Part shown: piece after piece, positions 39,979 to 52,649 of the stretch
Numbering within the stretch: the first letter of the stretch is position 1
How the letters are laid out: the number at the start of each line of letters is the position of its first letter
Source of the DNA: Eledone cirrhosa
Taxonomy: Eukaryota
DNA length: 64,000 nucleotides
Direction: 5' to 3'
Assembly (NCBI GenBank): GCA_964016885.1
Contig: OZ024746.1
Span: forward strand, 1,364,001-1,428,000
Made by a program: the position numbers and the translations under genes
Notes under the pieces: generated by a model
Databases searched by the model: none
Told to the model about the DNA's origin: nothing
Seen by the model: the letters and a program-made list of their open reading frames with translations, nothing else

Positions 39979-42803
39979 GTGAAAGAAGAGGAAAAAGAGG
40001 AGACGAGGGAAGCACCTACTCTTTGTGCTCCTGAGGAGAAGGGTTGCACATTTTTTCCGGGGTGTGTGCAACCCATGTTAATGCCCCCTCCCTATTGAGG
40101 ACTTCGTTTGTTGTTGTTATTTCATTGTTATATTTTTGTACTCGTTAATTATATGTAAACTTCCCCCCTTGTATCTGTCCCTACCTTTTGTGCCCTAGTG
40201 GCAAATAAAGAAACCACTCTATATATACTATTGTATTTTCACAGTAAAGGCTTTACCTCACATAATATCTCACATAACATTTACATTACTCCATATATAC
40301 TATTGTATTTTCACAGTAAAGGCTTTACCTCACATAATATCCAACATAACATTTACATTACTCTATATATACTATTGTATTTTCACAGTAAAGGCTTTAC
40401 CTCACATAATATCCCACATAACATTTACATTACTCTATATATACTATTGCATTTTCTCATATTTATCGAACATATGAGATTTTGATATTATTTCTTTTGA
40501 AAACAATACCTTAACATCAGTATGAGTGGCCAGTTATAGCCAGTTTAAACAGAAAGAGGTGAGAGAATTCTGGCCAGTTTAAATATTAAAGGGTTAAATG
40601 CAACTATAATTTCAATCTTTCTTCTTCTTCTTCTTCACCCACTTATTTCTGAGAGGGTCATATGGGCATGACCCTCTTAAACTCTAGAGGGGTCTGTTAT
40701 AAAAATATATTGCAGTCTCCATTTCATGCCGTAAAACTGGCAATGTGACCATTTCTTGGTGGCGTGGAATGGACGCCCAAATATTGCATATCCTGGGACC
40801 TTCAATGAGGGTTCAGAACAAACCTTGATCTTTTTTTATTTTTGAAATTTTAATTTTCACTATGAAATTTAAAAACAATAAAACAAGGCTACCAAGCAGT
40901 ATTTCAAAATTGTTAAAATTAAAAAAAGAAAATTTGAAAATAATTTTCTATGGAAAAAAATTGAAACATTTTTTTAAAAAGAATTGACATTTTTTTTTTT
41001 TTTTTACATGATTGATTCAAATTTGAATTTTTTGTTTTATTTGAACAATTTCTTGAGTTGAAATTTTAATTGCACTCAAAAACAGCAAGGAGAGAATTTC
41101 TGAAATTTCAACTGACTAAAATTTAAATGGAAATATTCAAGAGTGAAGCAAGTATCGTTGGTAGCTTTGAAGACAATTCTGAACATGTTTCTGTATTACT
41201 AGAGCTCATCAGTGAAGTGCAATCAACACACAGTCATCAATACTTCAGAATGACAGAATTATATAATTTTTGATGAGATAAAAATAATTAAATGATAGGG
41301 AGTAATGACATTAGAAAATCTCTCTGTTGTGCTTCCTGCATGAGAAATATATAGTTAAGTGCAGGCTAATATGACTGGTGGGGCAGGGCTGATTGATGTG
41401 TCCCAGCATGGCTGTATTGTTAAGAAGTTTGCTTCACAACTATGGAAAATGTCTTCTGCCATAGCCTCAGGTAGAACAATTCTGTGTGAATGAAATTTGG
41501 TAGATGGAAACTGTAGCAATTTACTGCCTTAATGACTAAAACCAGTAAAACAGAAAATATTATTCATTTCTTACCATATATACTGGAATATAAGTTGAGG
41601 AATATATGGCCATAAAAAAAATAAAAATAAAAAAAATTAAAAAAAATTAAAAAATAAAAATCGATGGTAGAATAGAGTCATCTTATATTTGGGGGTCAAT
41701 ATTTTCAATATTTTGAAGATTTTTACCAACTTCAAATTCTACGTAAATAAGATTTGGATTTTTGCCCATTTCTCCAACATTAAATAGTGGGGTCGGCTTA
41801 TATTCCAGTATATACAGTAATACATGATTGACTTAGGGAAGTTTCAAGACAAATCACTGCTTTGATATTGAAGATAAGTTAGTAAAATTGGTTTACTAAC
41901 GTTGCCTCCCCACCCCCATGGTTTATATACTGACATATGACTGTAGTCCATATATTTAACTATTTCATTACCATCAACAAAAAGTACCCAGTATATCCTA
42001 TAAAGTGGTAATACTAGTATCATGAAAAAAAAAACACTCTAACCAAAGATATCAGCTCTGATTTTCAAATAGTTTTTAAAATAATTATAAATTTGAAAGG
42101 ATTCAGTAATATAACTTTTTCATTATTAAACTCATGTTTGAAATGTAACAAAGGTTCTTAAAAACCCACAGAGATGGTTTGGAATGGTCAGCCTGATCTA
42201 TTCTGGATACATTACAAACTACTATCTTAAAGTATGTAGATTTTCCTCAATGTTATTTGCTCTCTACATATGTGTGTACAAAATACTGTTTCTCAAACGA
42301 TATATGCTTCTTTCTCTTTACATATCTATATATTAATTTCAACAATGTCATTATTCCGTGTGTCATAATTCTCGATTATCATTGGTTCATAGGTTTCAAA
42401 CGACTCCGCCCACCTCAACGACGCCAATCTTAAATTAATACGCATAATACCAATGAGGGAGTGAGAGGGGAGAGTAAGAAACAGAGAGGCAAAGTGAACG
42501 CTGTAACCATGTGTGCGTGTGTATGTTTGAGTGTGTGTGCGTGCATGCAGCGTTCCACAGAAAGTAAAAGCAATTCGAATTTATCAAACAGTGAACTACA
42601 GCGGTGACAGCGTGCAGCCAGGAATGAAGAAAAAACGGGCCGAACAGCGCCATCGGAACGCCGAACTTCAGAGGCGAAGACGTGCCACCATGAATGAAGA
42701 GGAGCTGGCTGAACAATGCCAACGAAACACTGGAGCCAAGCAGCGACAGCGTGCTACGATGGTTGAAGACGAACTGGCTGAGCATCATCTTTTATATTAA
42801 TTA

Positions 42804-43161
42804 TCTATATCTATGTATACATATAATATAAAAGATTGGAACTTCCATCATCCTTTTGAGCAATGTGGAACAACCACGTCTATGCAATAATACACGTTTT
42901 ACAGTCAGGCAGAAGATGAACCATCTCCTAGAGGTCACTATTCTAGGTGGGAGCACCTAGAATTGTTCATATACTATGCACAAACGGTACAATGAAGGAT
43001 CTGGTATATCTGGAAGATTTTTTTTACTGTTTTTTGTATCACACAGACACCACGGACTTGCCTCATACTGTAACCAGACAAACATCAAATACAGTCATTT
43101 TCTCTTTACTTGTCTTCTCTTATCATCTGTTTACCCGGGCAAAGCTTGGTACATCAGCTAG
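42804..43161 (+). mobile_element. non-autonomous Helitron
   Basis: A|TC start (tctatat...tataaaag), 3' cccgggcaaagcttggta hairpin relic then CTAG|T. Confidence 0.65.
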
Positions 43162-44368
43162 TATCTTTTAAATTTGAATAATTAATGCACTGAGCCAAGA
43201 TTCATTGAGCTTATTTATTGAGAAACATGGTCATCATATATATTAAATATGTATTGGTACCTTAACGTAGTATATATATATATACATGTGTGTGTGTAGC
43301 AACATCCGTAGGTGTGAGAAAGGGAAACAGTCCTCAATCTGGAAGAGGGCAGAAATATTGTTTATATTCATACACTCTGAATTTTTTTTATTTTATTTTA
43401 TTAAATCTACAATCCTATATTAAAATATAAACTTCAATTTCTGATTCAGACATTAAAACAATTTTAGATAAGATTTGAAGCTAAAAATCACATTGAGTAA
43501 GGAAAAAATTAGTTTGTTTTTTTGTATGTATTTTTGTTTATAATAAATTACTCTGCTCGTATAGTCCCAATTATTATTATTGTTATTGTTTTTTTTTAGC
43601 AAAGTTTGCAAAGGTCCTTGTCTCATGTAACAAACTCTACATTGGAAGCTGAAATAAGAGAAAGTTTTAGAAGGAACTCTTAACTTTCTCTATTTACAGA
43701 TGTCAGATATTTATCCTCATATAATAACAAATAACTGTGACAATTTCACCTATAAGATAACTGCCAGTGTTTGCCAAACCTTAATTCAGATATTGTATTT
43801 CAAAATGTAATTCAACAAGACAGTGTTGGATAGAACTTCATATCTTTATATGTATACAAACATGTGAGCGTGTGTCGTATGGCACTTGATCTTTTAGAAT
43901 TATTTTATTTGGTTGAAATTAAACCCTTATCCTAGATACACAGTTTGGTACAAGAAATTCTAGATAAGATCTCCAATTTGTCAAAACATAGTGCTGCTTT
44001 GTTAATTGAAGATATTAAGATGATCTGATAAAATAGACTTTCAAGAAAATGATATGCTAGTATTCTAGAAGGTTATTTTATATATACTTTTTAATTTAAT
44101 GGATATGTAAATGTTTAAAACATGTATTGCATGTGGTCAAAACAAACCTTTCAAGCATTATTAACCCTTCCAAAGCCAGACTTAATATAATAAATTAAAT
44201 AATAGTCTTATGCTGTTACAAAATAATAATAATAATGATAATAATAATGGTTTTTGATTTAGGCACAAGGCCAGCAATTGGGGGGAGGGGGGTCCATTAA
44301 ATCGACCCCAGTCTATTACTGGTGTTTTATTTTATCAACCGCAAAAGTATGATGGGCAAAGCTAATAA

Positions 44369-44620
44369 ATGGTTGGTGCACTGGGAGCAGTTAGTAAAAG
44401 GTTGGATGCATGGCTTGAGAAGCTGGGAATTGCCATTACGATGGGATTGTTGCAGAAAACAGCCTTGCTAGGAAGAGCAAGGATTCTAAGGAGAATATTG
44501 GAGAGTTGAAGGGGAAGGAATGACCCAAAGGATCTTTGGCCATTGGCTATGGGCTTGCTCTTTTGGTATAGTGTCAGTATAATATCTGCCAGAGTAAAAC
44601 TGTTACGAATAATAATAATT
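44369..44620 (+). mobile_element. 3' end of a different R4/Dong-like element ending in (AAT)n
   Basis: VGALGAVSKRLDAWLEKLGI...LQKTALLGRARILRRILES* followed by a short UTR and aataataataat. Confidence 0.7.
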
Positions 44621-45101
44621 GTTTCTACTTTTGGCACAAGGCCAGCAATTATTCCAATGCATTACTAGTACTTTATTTTATCGACCCCGTAAGGATGAAA
44701 GGCAAAGTTAACCTCAGAGGGATTTGAACTCAGATCGTAAAGGCCCATAACTCTATGGTGCAAAGCATGGCATCCGACCCTCTACCGACACTGCCAATCC
44801 ACCATGTCGAATAATAATAATAATAACAAATAAAATAAATAACACACACAAACTTATTTGATGAGGTTTCATAATTCAATATTTGCTATTTTGACAAGAA
44901 ATTAATTTTAAAATCGAATTTTAAAAAAAGGCTATAAAATATTTTATTGAACATTTATATGTATTCAGGTTTATGTCTAAAATAAAATTGTATATCAATA
45001 AACTATAAAAATTCATAAAAGTTTGTAAAACAATTTAAAATAGATATTCTTCGATTAAAGAATTAAGTTCCAGGGGTGCGGTGGGGAAGCCAGTTTGAAA
45101 A

Positions 45102-45273
45102 TCAGACCAACACAAGTTCTTTATCATCTTTTAAATGGTTCCGAGCCAGCGTTTCCATTATAATGATCATGTTGCTTGCTTGGGGAGAAAACGCAAGACT
45201 TTGTTCAAATGATTTCTGGAAGAATGCCTCCATTGCTGGGCTTTTGTGTCCGTAAGTACAAGCACAATGACTT
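45102..45273 (-). CDS. HPS4: HPS4-like last coding exon (SHCACTYGHKSPAMEAFFQ...LARNHLKDDKELVLV*)
   Basis: ccaatttcag acceptor, phase 2, TGA at 45104-45102; resembles the HPS4 C-terminus 'VYACCNPIQETYFQ...AKQKLLKHGVNLL' (recalled, not database-checked). Confidence 0.8.
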
Positions 45274-45684
45274 CTGAAATTGGAAATGTTAGTCTAAGTT
45301 TAACTCGTAACATTCTGTTAATAATCAAGCAAAGAATAACTAAAAACAGGTTTGTTAATTCAAAGATCTATATTATCTTCACTAGTGGACAGATTCTTGT
45401 GAAAATCTACAGTGTTAACCGTGAATATCCTGTAATAAAATATCTAAAAACAGGTTTGTTTATAGTATTTTTACTAGTGAACAGATTATGAAAATTTGCA
45501 GTGATAACCCTTATTTAATAGGATATATCTAAAAACAGGTTTGTTAATTCAAATGTTTATATTATCTATACTACAGAACAGTTAACTCGAAACCAAAGAG
45601 TACATATTGAATGCTGGTGCCCCATCATGGCCTCAACCTATCGGCTGAAAACTTGTAAAAGAGTCTATATATCTAGACACTTAC

Positions 45685-45793
45685 CCCAGTGTTATATCTG
45701 TGGCGGTAGAATAAGATTGAAATGTACTGTGGATATCCAACAACATTTTCTCCAGTTCAGCGTCAACCATCGGATGTTTCTGTCGTTCATAAC
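45685..45793 (-). CDS. HPS4: HPS4-like exon (YERQKHPMVDAELEKMLLDIHSTFQSYSTATDITLG)
   Basis: aatttcag / gtaagt, 109 nt, phase 1/2; resembles HPS4 'LMHSEF...YEMTVR'. Confidence 0.8.
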
Positions 45794-45911
45794 CTGAAAT
45801 TAGGAAGTATAGGGACAAAGTAGCAGTTAAGTACTGGGGTCAATATAATCCACAAGCTCCCAAAATTGCTGACATTGAGCCTAAATTGGCAACCATAATA
45901 ATTAAATATGC

Positions 45912-48900
45912 AGTTGGTAGAGTGGTGAGTTGGTAGAGTGGTGAAGTTGGTAGAGTGGTGAGTTGGTAGAGTGGTGAAGTTGGTAGAGTGGTGAGTTGGT
46001 AGAGTGGTTAAGTTGGTAGAGTGGTGAGTTGGTAGAGTGGTTAAGTTGGTAGAGTGGTTAAGTTGGTAGAGTGGTTAAGTTGGTAGAGTGGTTAAGTTGG
46101 TAGAGTGGTTAAGTTGGTAGAGTGGTGAGTTGGTAGAGTGGTTAAGTTGGTAGAGTGGTTAAGTTGGTAGAGTGGTGAGTTGGTAGAGTGGTGAATTGGT
46201 AGAGTGGTGAATTGGTAGAGTGGTGAGTTGGTAGAGTGATGAGTTGGTAGTGGTGAGTTGGTAGAGTGGTTAAGTTGGTAGAGTGGTTAAGTTGGTAGAG
46301 TGGTTAAGTTGGTAGAGTGGTGAGTTGGTAGAGTAGTGAGTTGGTAGAGTGGTAAGTTCGTAGAGTGGTGAGTTGGTAGAGTGGTGAGTTGGTAGAGTGG
46401 TGAGTTGGTAGAGTGGTGAGTTGGTAGAGTGGTTAAGTTGGCAGAGTGGTGAGTTGGTAGAGTGGTTAAGTTGGTAGAGTGGTGAGTTGGTAGAGTGGTG
46501 AGTTGGTAGAGTGGTGAGTTGGTAGAGTGGTTAGTTGGTAGAGTGGTTAAGTTGGTAGAGTGGTGAGTTTGTAGAATGGTTAAGTTGGTAGAGTGGTGAG
46601 TTGGTAGAGTGGTGAGTTGGTAGAGTGGTGAGTTGGTAGAGTGGTGAGTTGGTAGAGTGGTGAGTTGGTAGAGTGGTTAAGTTGGTAGAGTGGTTAAGTT
46701 GGTAGAGTGGTGAGTTGGTAGAGTGGTGAGTTGGTAGAGTGGTGAGTTGGTAGAGTGGTTAAGTTGGTAGAGTGGTGAGTTGGTAGAGTGGTGAGTTGGT
46801 AGAGTGGTTAAGTTGGTAGAGTGGTTAAGTTGGTAGAGTGGTGAGTTGGTAGAGTGGTGAGTTGATAGAGTGGTGAATTGGTAGAGTGGTAAGTTGGTAG
46901 AGTGGTAAGTTGGTAGAGTGGTGAGTTGGTAGAGTGGTGAGTTGGTAGAGTGGTTAGTTGGTAGAGTGGTGAATTGGTAGAGTGGTGAGTTGGTAGAGTG
47001 GTTAAGTTGGTAGAGTGGTGAGTTGGTAGAGTGGTTAAGTTGGTAGAATGGTGAGTTGGTAGAGTGGTGAGTTGGTAGAGTGGTGAGTTGGTAGAGTGGT
47101 GAGTTGGTAGAGTGGTAAAGTTGGTAGAGTGGTGAGTTGGTAGAGTGGTGAGTTGGTAGAGTGGTTAAGTTGGTAGAGTGGTGGGTTGGTAGAGTGGTGA
47201 GTTGGTAGAGTGGTGAGTTGGTAGAGTGGTGAGTTGGTAGAGTGGTGAGCTGGTAGAGTGGTGAGTTGGTAGAGTGGTGAGTTGGTAGAGTGGTGAGTTG
47301 GTAGAGTGGTTAAGTTGGTAGAGTGGTGAGTTGGTAGAGTGGTGAGTTGGTAGAGTGGTGAGTTGGTAGAGTGGTTAAGTTGGTAGAGTGGTTAAGTTGG
47401 TAGAGTGGTGAGTTGGTAGAGTGGTGAGTTGGTAGAGTGGTTAAGTTGGTAGAGTGGTGAGTTGGTAGAGTGGTTAAGTTGGTAGAGTGGTGAGTTGGTA
47501 GAGTGGTGAGTTGGTAGAGTGGTGAGTTGGTAGAGTGGTGAGTTGGTAGAGTGGTGAGTTGGTAGAGTGGTTAAGTTGGTAGAGTGGTTAAGTTGGTAGA
47601 GTGGTGAGTTGGTAGAGTGGTGAGTTGGTAGAGTGGTGAGTTGGTAGAGTGGTGAGTTGGTAGAGTGGTTAAGTTGGTAGAGTGGTGAATTGGTAGAGTG
47701 GTAAGTTGGTAGAGTGGTGAGTTGGTAGAGTGGTTAAGTTGGTAGAGTGGTTAAGTTGGTAGAGTGGTGAGTTGGTAGAGTGGTGAGTTGGTAGAGTGGT
47801 GAGTTGGTAGAGTGGTAAGTTGGTAGAGTGGTGAGTTGGTAGAGTGGTTAAGTTGGTAGAGTGGTGAGTTGGTAGAGTGGTTAAGTTGGTAGAGTGGTGA
47901 GTTGGTAGAGTGGTGAGTTGGTAGAGTGGTGAGTTGGTAGAGTAGTGAGTTGGTAGAGTGGTTAAGTTGGTAGAGTGGTGAGTTGGTAGAGTGGTGAGTT
48001 GGTAGAGTGGTGAGTTGGTAGAGTGGTGAGTTGGTAGAGTGGTGAGTTGGTAGAGTGGTGAGTTGGTAGAGTGGTGAGTTGGTAGAGTGGTGAGTTGGTA
48101 GAATGGTGAGTTGGTAGAATGGTGAGTTGGTAAGTGGTTAAGTTGGTAAAGTGGTTAAGTTGGTAGAGTGGTTAAGTTGGTAGAGTGGTGAGTTGGTAGA
48201 GTGGTGAGTTGGTAGAGTGGTAAGTTGGTAGAGTGGTTAAGTTGGTAGAGTGGTTAAGTTGGTAGAGTGGTTAAGTTGGTAGAGTGGTGAGTTGGTAGAG
48301 TGGTGAGTTGGTAGAGTGGTGAGTTGGTAGAGTAGTGAGTTGGTAGAGTGGTTAAGTTGGTAGAGTGGTGAGTTGGTAGAGTGGTGGGTTGGTAGAGTGG
48401 TGAGTTGGTAGAGTGGTGAGTTGGTAGAGTGGTGAGTTGGTAGAATGGTGAGTTGGTAGAATGGTGAGTTGGTAGAGTGGTGAATTGGTAGAGTGGTAAG
48501 TTGGTAGAGTGGTAAGTTGGTAGAGTGGTGAGTTGGTAGAGTGGTGAGTTGGTAGAGTGGTGAATTGGTAGAGTGGTGAGTTGGTAGAGTGGTTAAGTTG
48601 GTAGAGTGGTGAGTTGGTAGAGTGGTTAAGTTGGTAGAATGGTGAGTTGGTAGAGTGGTGAGTTGGTAGAGTGGTGAGTTGGTAGAGTGGTGAGTTGGTA
48701 GAGTGGTAAGTTGGTAGAGTGGTTAAGTTGGTAGAGTGGTGAGTTGGTAGAGTGGTGAGTTGGTAGAGTGGTTAAGTTGGTAGAGTGGTGGGTTGGTAGA
48801 GTGGTGAGTTGGTAGAGTGGTGAGTTGGTAGAGTGGTGAGTTGGTAGAGTGGTGAGCTGGTAGAGTGGTGAGTTGGTAGAGTGGTGAGTTGGTAGAGTGG

Positions 48901-50693
48901 TGAGTTGGTAGAGTGGTTAAGTTGGTAGAGTGGTGAGTTGGTAGAGTGGTGAGTTGGTAGAGTGGTGAGTTGGTAGAGTGGTGAGTTGGTAGAGTGGTGA
49001 GTTGGTAGAATGGTGAGTTGGTAGAATGGTGAGTTGGTAGAGTGGTGAGTTGGTAGAGTGGTGAGTTGGTAGAGTGGTGAGTTGGTAGAGTGGTGAGTTG
49101 GTAGAGTGGTGAGTTGGTAGAGTGGTGAGTTGGTAGAGTGGTGAGTTGGTAGAGTGGTGAGTTGGTAGAGTGGTGAGTTGGTAGAATGGTGAGTTGGTAG
49201 AATGGTGAGTTGGTAAGTGGTTAAGTTGGTAAGTGGTTAAGTTGGTAGAGTGGTTAAGTTGGTAGAGTGGTGAGTTGGTAGAGTGGTGAGTTGGTAGAGT
49301 GGTAAGTTGGTAGAGTGGTTAAGTTGGTAGAGTGGTTAAGTTGGTAGAGTGGTTAAGTTGGTAGAGTGGTGAGTTGGTAGAGTGGTGAGTTGGTAGAGTG
49401 GTGAGTTGGTAGAGTGGTGAGTTGGTAGAGTGGTTAAGTTGGTAGAGTGGTGAGTTGGTAGAGTGGTGGGTTGGTAGAGTGGTGAGTTGGTAGAGTGGTG
49501 AGTTGGTAGAGTGGTGAGTTGGTAGAATGGTGAGTTGGTAGAATGGTGAGTTGGTAAAGTGGTTAAGTTGGTAAGTGGTTAAGTTGGTAGAGTGGTTAAG
49601 TTGGTAGAGTGGTGAGTTGGTAGAGTGGTAAGTTGGTAGAGTGGTTAAGTTGGTAGAGTGGTTAAGTTGGTAGAGTGGTTAAGTTGGTAGAGTGGTGAGT
49701 TGGTAGAGTGGTGAGTTGGTAGAGTGGTGAGTTGGTAGAGTGGTGAGTTGGTAGAGTGGTGAGTTGGTAGAGTGGTAAGTTGGTAGAGTGATAAGTTGGT
49801 AGAGTGGTGAGTTGGTAGAGTGGTGAATTGGTAGAGTGGTGAGTTGGTAGAGTGGTTAAGTTGGTAGAGTGGTGAGTTGGTAGAGTGGTGAGTTGGTAGA
49901 GTGGTTAAGTTGGTAGAGTGGTGAGTTGGTAGAGTGGTGAGTTGGTAGAATGGTTAAGTTGGTAGAGTGGTGAGTTGGTAGAGTGGTGAGTTGGTAGAGT
50001 GGTGAGTTGGTAGAGTGGTGATTTGGTAGAGAGGTGATTTGGTAGAGTGGTGAGTTGGTAGAGTGGTGAGTTGGTAGAGTGGTGAGTTGGTAGAGTGGTG
50101 AGTTGGTAGAGTGGTGAGTTGGTAGAGTGGTGAGTTGGTAGAGTGGTGAGTTGGTAGAGTGGTGAGTTGGTAGAGTGGTGAGTTGGTAGAGTGGTGAGTT
50201 GGTAGAGTGGTGAGTTGGTAGAGTGGTGAGTTGGTAGAGTGGTGAATTGGTAGAGTGGTTAAGTTGGTAGAATGGTGAGTTGGTAGAGTGGTGAGTTGGT
50301 AGAGTGGTGAGTTGGTAGAGTGGTGAGTTGGTAGAGTGGTGAGTTGGTAGAGTGGTGAGTTGGCAGAGTGGTGAGTTGATAGAGTGGTGAATTGGTAGAG
50401 TGGTAAGTTGGTAGAGTGGTAAGTTGGTAGAGTGGTGAGTTGGTAGAGTGGTGAGTTGGTAGAGTGGTTAGTTGGTAGAGTGGTGAATTGGTAGAGTGGT
50501 GAGTTGGTAGAGTGGTGAATTGGTAGAGTGGTGAATTGGTAGAGTGGTGAGTTGGTAGAGTGGTGAGTTGGTAGAGTGGTGAGTTGGTAGAGTGGTAAGT
50601 TGGTAGAGTGGTGAGTTGGTAGAGTGGTGAATTGGTAGAGTGGTGAATTGGTAGAGTGGTGAGTTGGTAGAGTGGTAAGTTGGTAGAGTGGTT
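45912..50693. repeat. ~16-17-bp satellite (about 4.8 kb) inside an HPS4 intron
   Basis: Units gttggtagagtggtga / gttggtagagtggttaa. Confidence 0.97.
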
Positions 50694-51044
50694 AAACCAT
50701 CAGATGGTCTTGTGGTATTTGGTCAAGTTCTTTATATTCTGAGTGGCCAAATAAATCAGAGGTCAACTTTTCTTCACATCCTTTAGGGGTTGATATAGTC
50801 AGCTTTCCTTCCACCAAAAATGTTAGCCATTGTTATTACTATTATATAGGGTGGTTGATTGGCACTATCAGTAGAGCGTTGGACACCATGCTTCATGGTA
50901 TAAAGTTACAGCCCTTTACATTCTGAGTTTAAATCTCACGGTGTCGATAAAATAAATTACCAGTCATGCACTGGGATCAATTTAATCGACTTTCCCCTCC
51001 CCCAAAATTGCTGGCCTTGTGCCTATATAAGAAACCATTATTTA

Positions 51045-51230
51045 GTGGATTGGCAGTATCGGTAGAGGGTCGGACACCATGCTTTGCAACAAAGAGTTAC
51101 GGCCCTTTATGGTCTGAGTTCAAATCCCGCCGAGGTTAACTTTGCCTCTCATCCTTACGGGGTCGATAAAATAAAGTACCAGTGGTACACTGGGATAATT
51201 GCTGGCCTTGTGTCAAAAGTAGAAAATTAT
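51045..51230 (+). mobile_element. tRNA-derived SINE, abundant local family
   Basis: tggcagtatcggtagag A-box, gagttcaaatcccgcc B-box, ...ctggccttgtg tail; about ten related copies (e.g. 10108, 11419, 20695, 44618, 52678, 62254). Confidence 0.8.
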
Positions 51231-51602
51231 TACTATATGTAAAGTGGTCATATAGGGGTCACGACAAAAAGCACCCAGTCCACACTGTAAATGAGGCTGG
51301 CGCTAGGAACGGCATCCAGCTGTAGGAACCAATCGAGAAACAGTTCTGTATGAGCTTGACATGGTCACCTGATCTGGCTTGTCTCACAACAGGACAACTC
51401 GTCTAACCCATGCTAGCATGGAAAAATGGACGTTAAACAGTGATGATGATGATGAAGATATGTGTGTATGTATTGAAGAAACAGCCCCAAAGAGTTTCAT
51501 CATAATTTCATTATTATTATTATTATCATCACACACAAAAATAACAACAATTAAAATACAAAGAAAACCATTTTTCCAATCAAGAAATTCTGTAGTTTTT
51601 AC

Positions 51603-51660
51603 CTGTAATCTGTTGCTGGACATTGTCAAGTACAATACTCTTCATGACTTGTTTGCGGAG
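51603..51660 (-). CDS. HPS4: HPS4-like exon (LRKQVMKSIVLDNVQQQITG)
   Basis: ctccacag / gtaaaa, 58 nt, phase 0/1; aligns by eye to HPS4 'FTHYDRIQSLL'. Confidence 0.75.
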
Positions 51661-52571
51661 CTGTGGAGATTATAGAGTATAGTATAGTATAGTATAGTAT
51701 AGTAATAGTGATATAGTGGTGGTATCATAGTATAGTGGTATAGTGATGGTATCATAGTATAGTGATATAGTGGTGGTATCATAGTATAGTGATATAGTGG
51801 TGGTATCATAGTATAGTGGTATAGTGATGGTATCATAGTATAGTATAGTATAGTGATGTAGTGGTGGTAACACAGTGATATAGGGGTGGTATTATAGTAT
51901 CGTGGTGGTGTCATAGTACAGTACAGTGATATAAGAAGTTAGGAGAGTCAACAGTCATCCAATACAGGTAGACAGAGCTCATTAACCTTGGTTGTCAGTT
52001 TATCTAGGAGAAGGATCATTCAGATTTCAAAAGCAAGGTAGATAGGATTCCTTCATTACTTGAGTGACAACCTTTCAAGTGTCCAACATTGTGATGAAGG
52101 TGAATGAGTTACAGCTCAGTAGCTACTCTCAGGGCCCATATAATAGGGGAGTTGGAACAACCAGGGGAGGGGGTCTGTTAATAGTCATTTAGTTGGCATA
52201 TTGAGACCCCAACCCATCCTATTTATTTTATAACATATGGGATTTCTTTTCCAACTTAACCACATATGGGATCTCTTTTTTTTGTCATGTATAATGTTTT
52301 TTAATGTATAAAGAAAATTAATTGTCGCAGGAATGCTGCTACTTAAAATAAAATTTTGCCGAAGATAGATTAGTAAAAATTAATGGGGCGGAGCAATTAT
52401 TTGAGACCCAAGAATAGCTCCTGAGTTCTGAGTAATGGTTGGACAAGGATTCAAGAGCCACTAAAGTCACTTTTTTCCCAATGAGTATCATGGAGATATA
52501 GATGGTCCCCGACCCTTAGTAATGGGATTGGGAAGAGACGAAATAAATGAAAGATAAAAACTAGTACTTAC

Positions 52572-52649
52572 AGATTCTGCTTTTGGGTTCTGATCCATTT
52601 TCTTGAAATGGTAATCCAAGTTTCCAAGTTTTGGAAGAATAATCTTCCA
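52572..52649 (-). CDS. HPS4: HPS4-like exon (WKIILPKLGNLDYHFKKMDQNPKAES)
   Basis: ttttatttcag / gtaagt, 78 nt, phase 0/0; aligns by eye to HPS4 'SLASLNGLEVHLKE'. Confidence 0.8.

Larger units (their letters stand above)
34620..40215 (+). mobile_element. near full-length Tx1/L1-clade non-LTR retrotransposon, inactivated
   Basis: ORF1 plus APE-RT ORF2 and a 3' AATAAA; flanked by identical 65-nt direct repeats at 34555-34619 and 40216-40280. Confidence 0.93.
34525..40597 (+). mobile_element. TTAA-flanked piggyBac-like MITE with an internal 72-bp tandem repeat, split by the LINE
   Basis: Ends ttaaccctttaa... and ...ttaaagggttaa; body matches the reverse complement of 54649-54877. Confidence 0.75.

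Noticed and set aside
41127-41273. Short ORF (..DNSEHVSVLLEL..) faintly like the HPS4 exon next to the duplicated segment
   Set aside because: Similarity is too weak to call a pseudo-exon without an alignment
45912-50693. Telomere-like G-rich array
   Set aside because: Not TTAGGG; intronic and apparently SINE-derived
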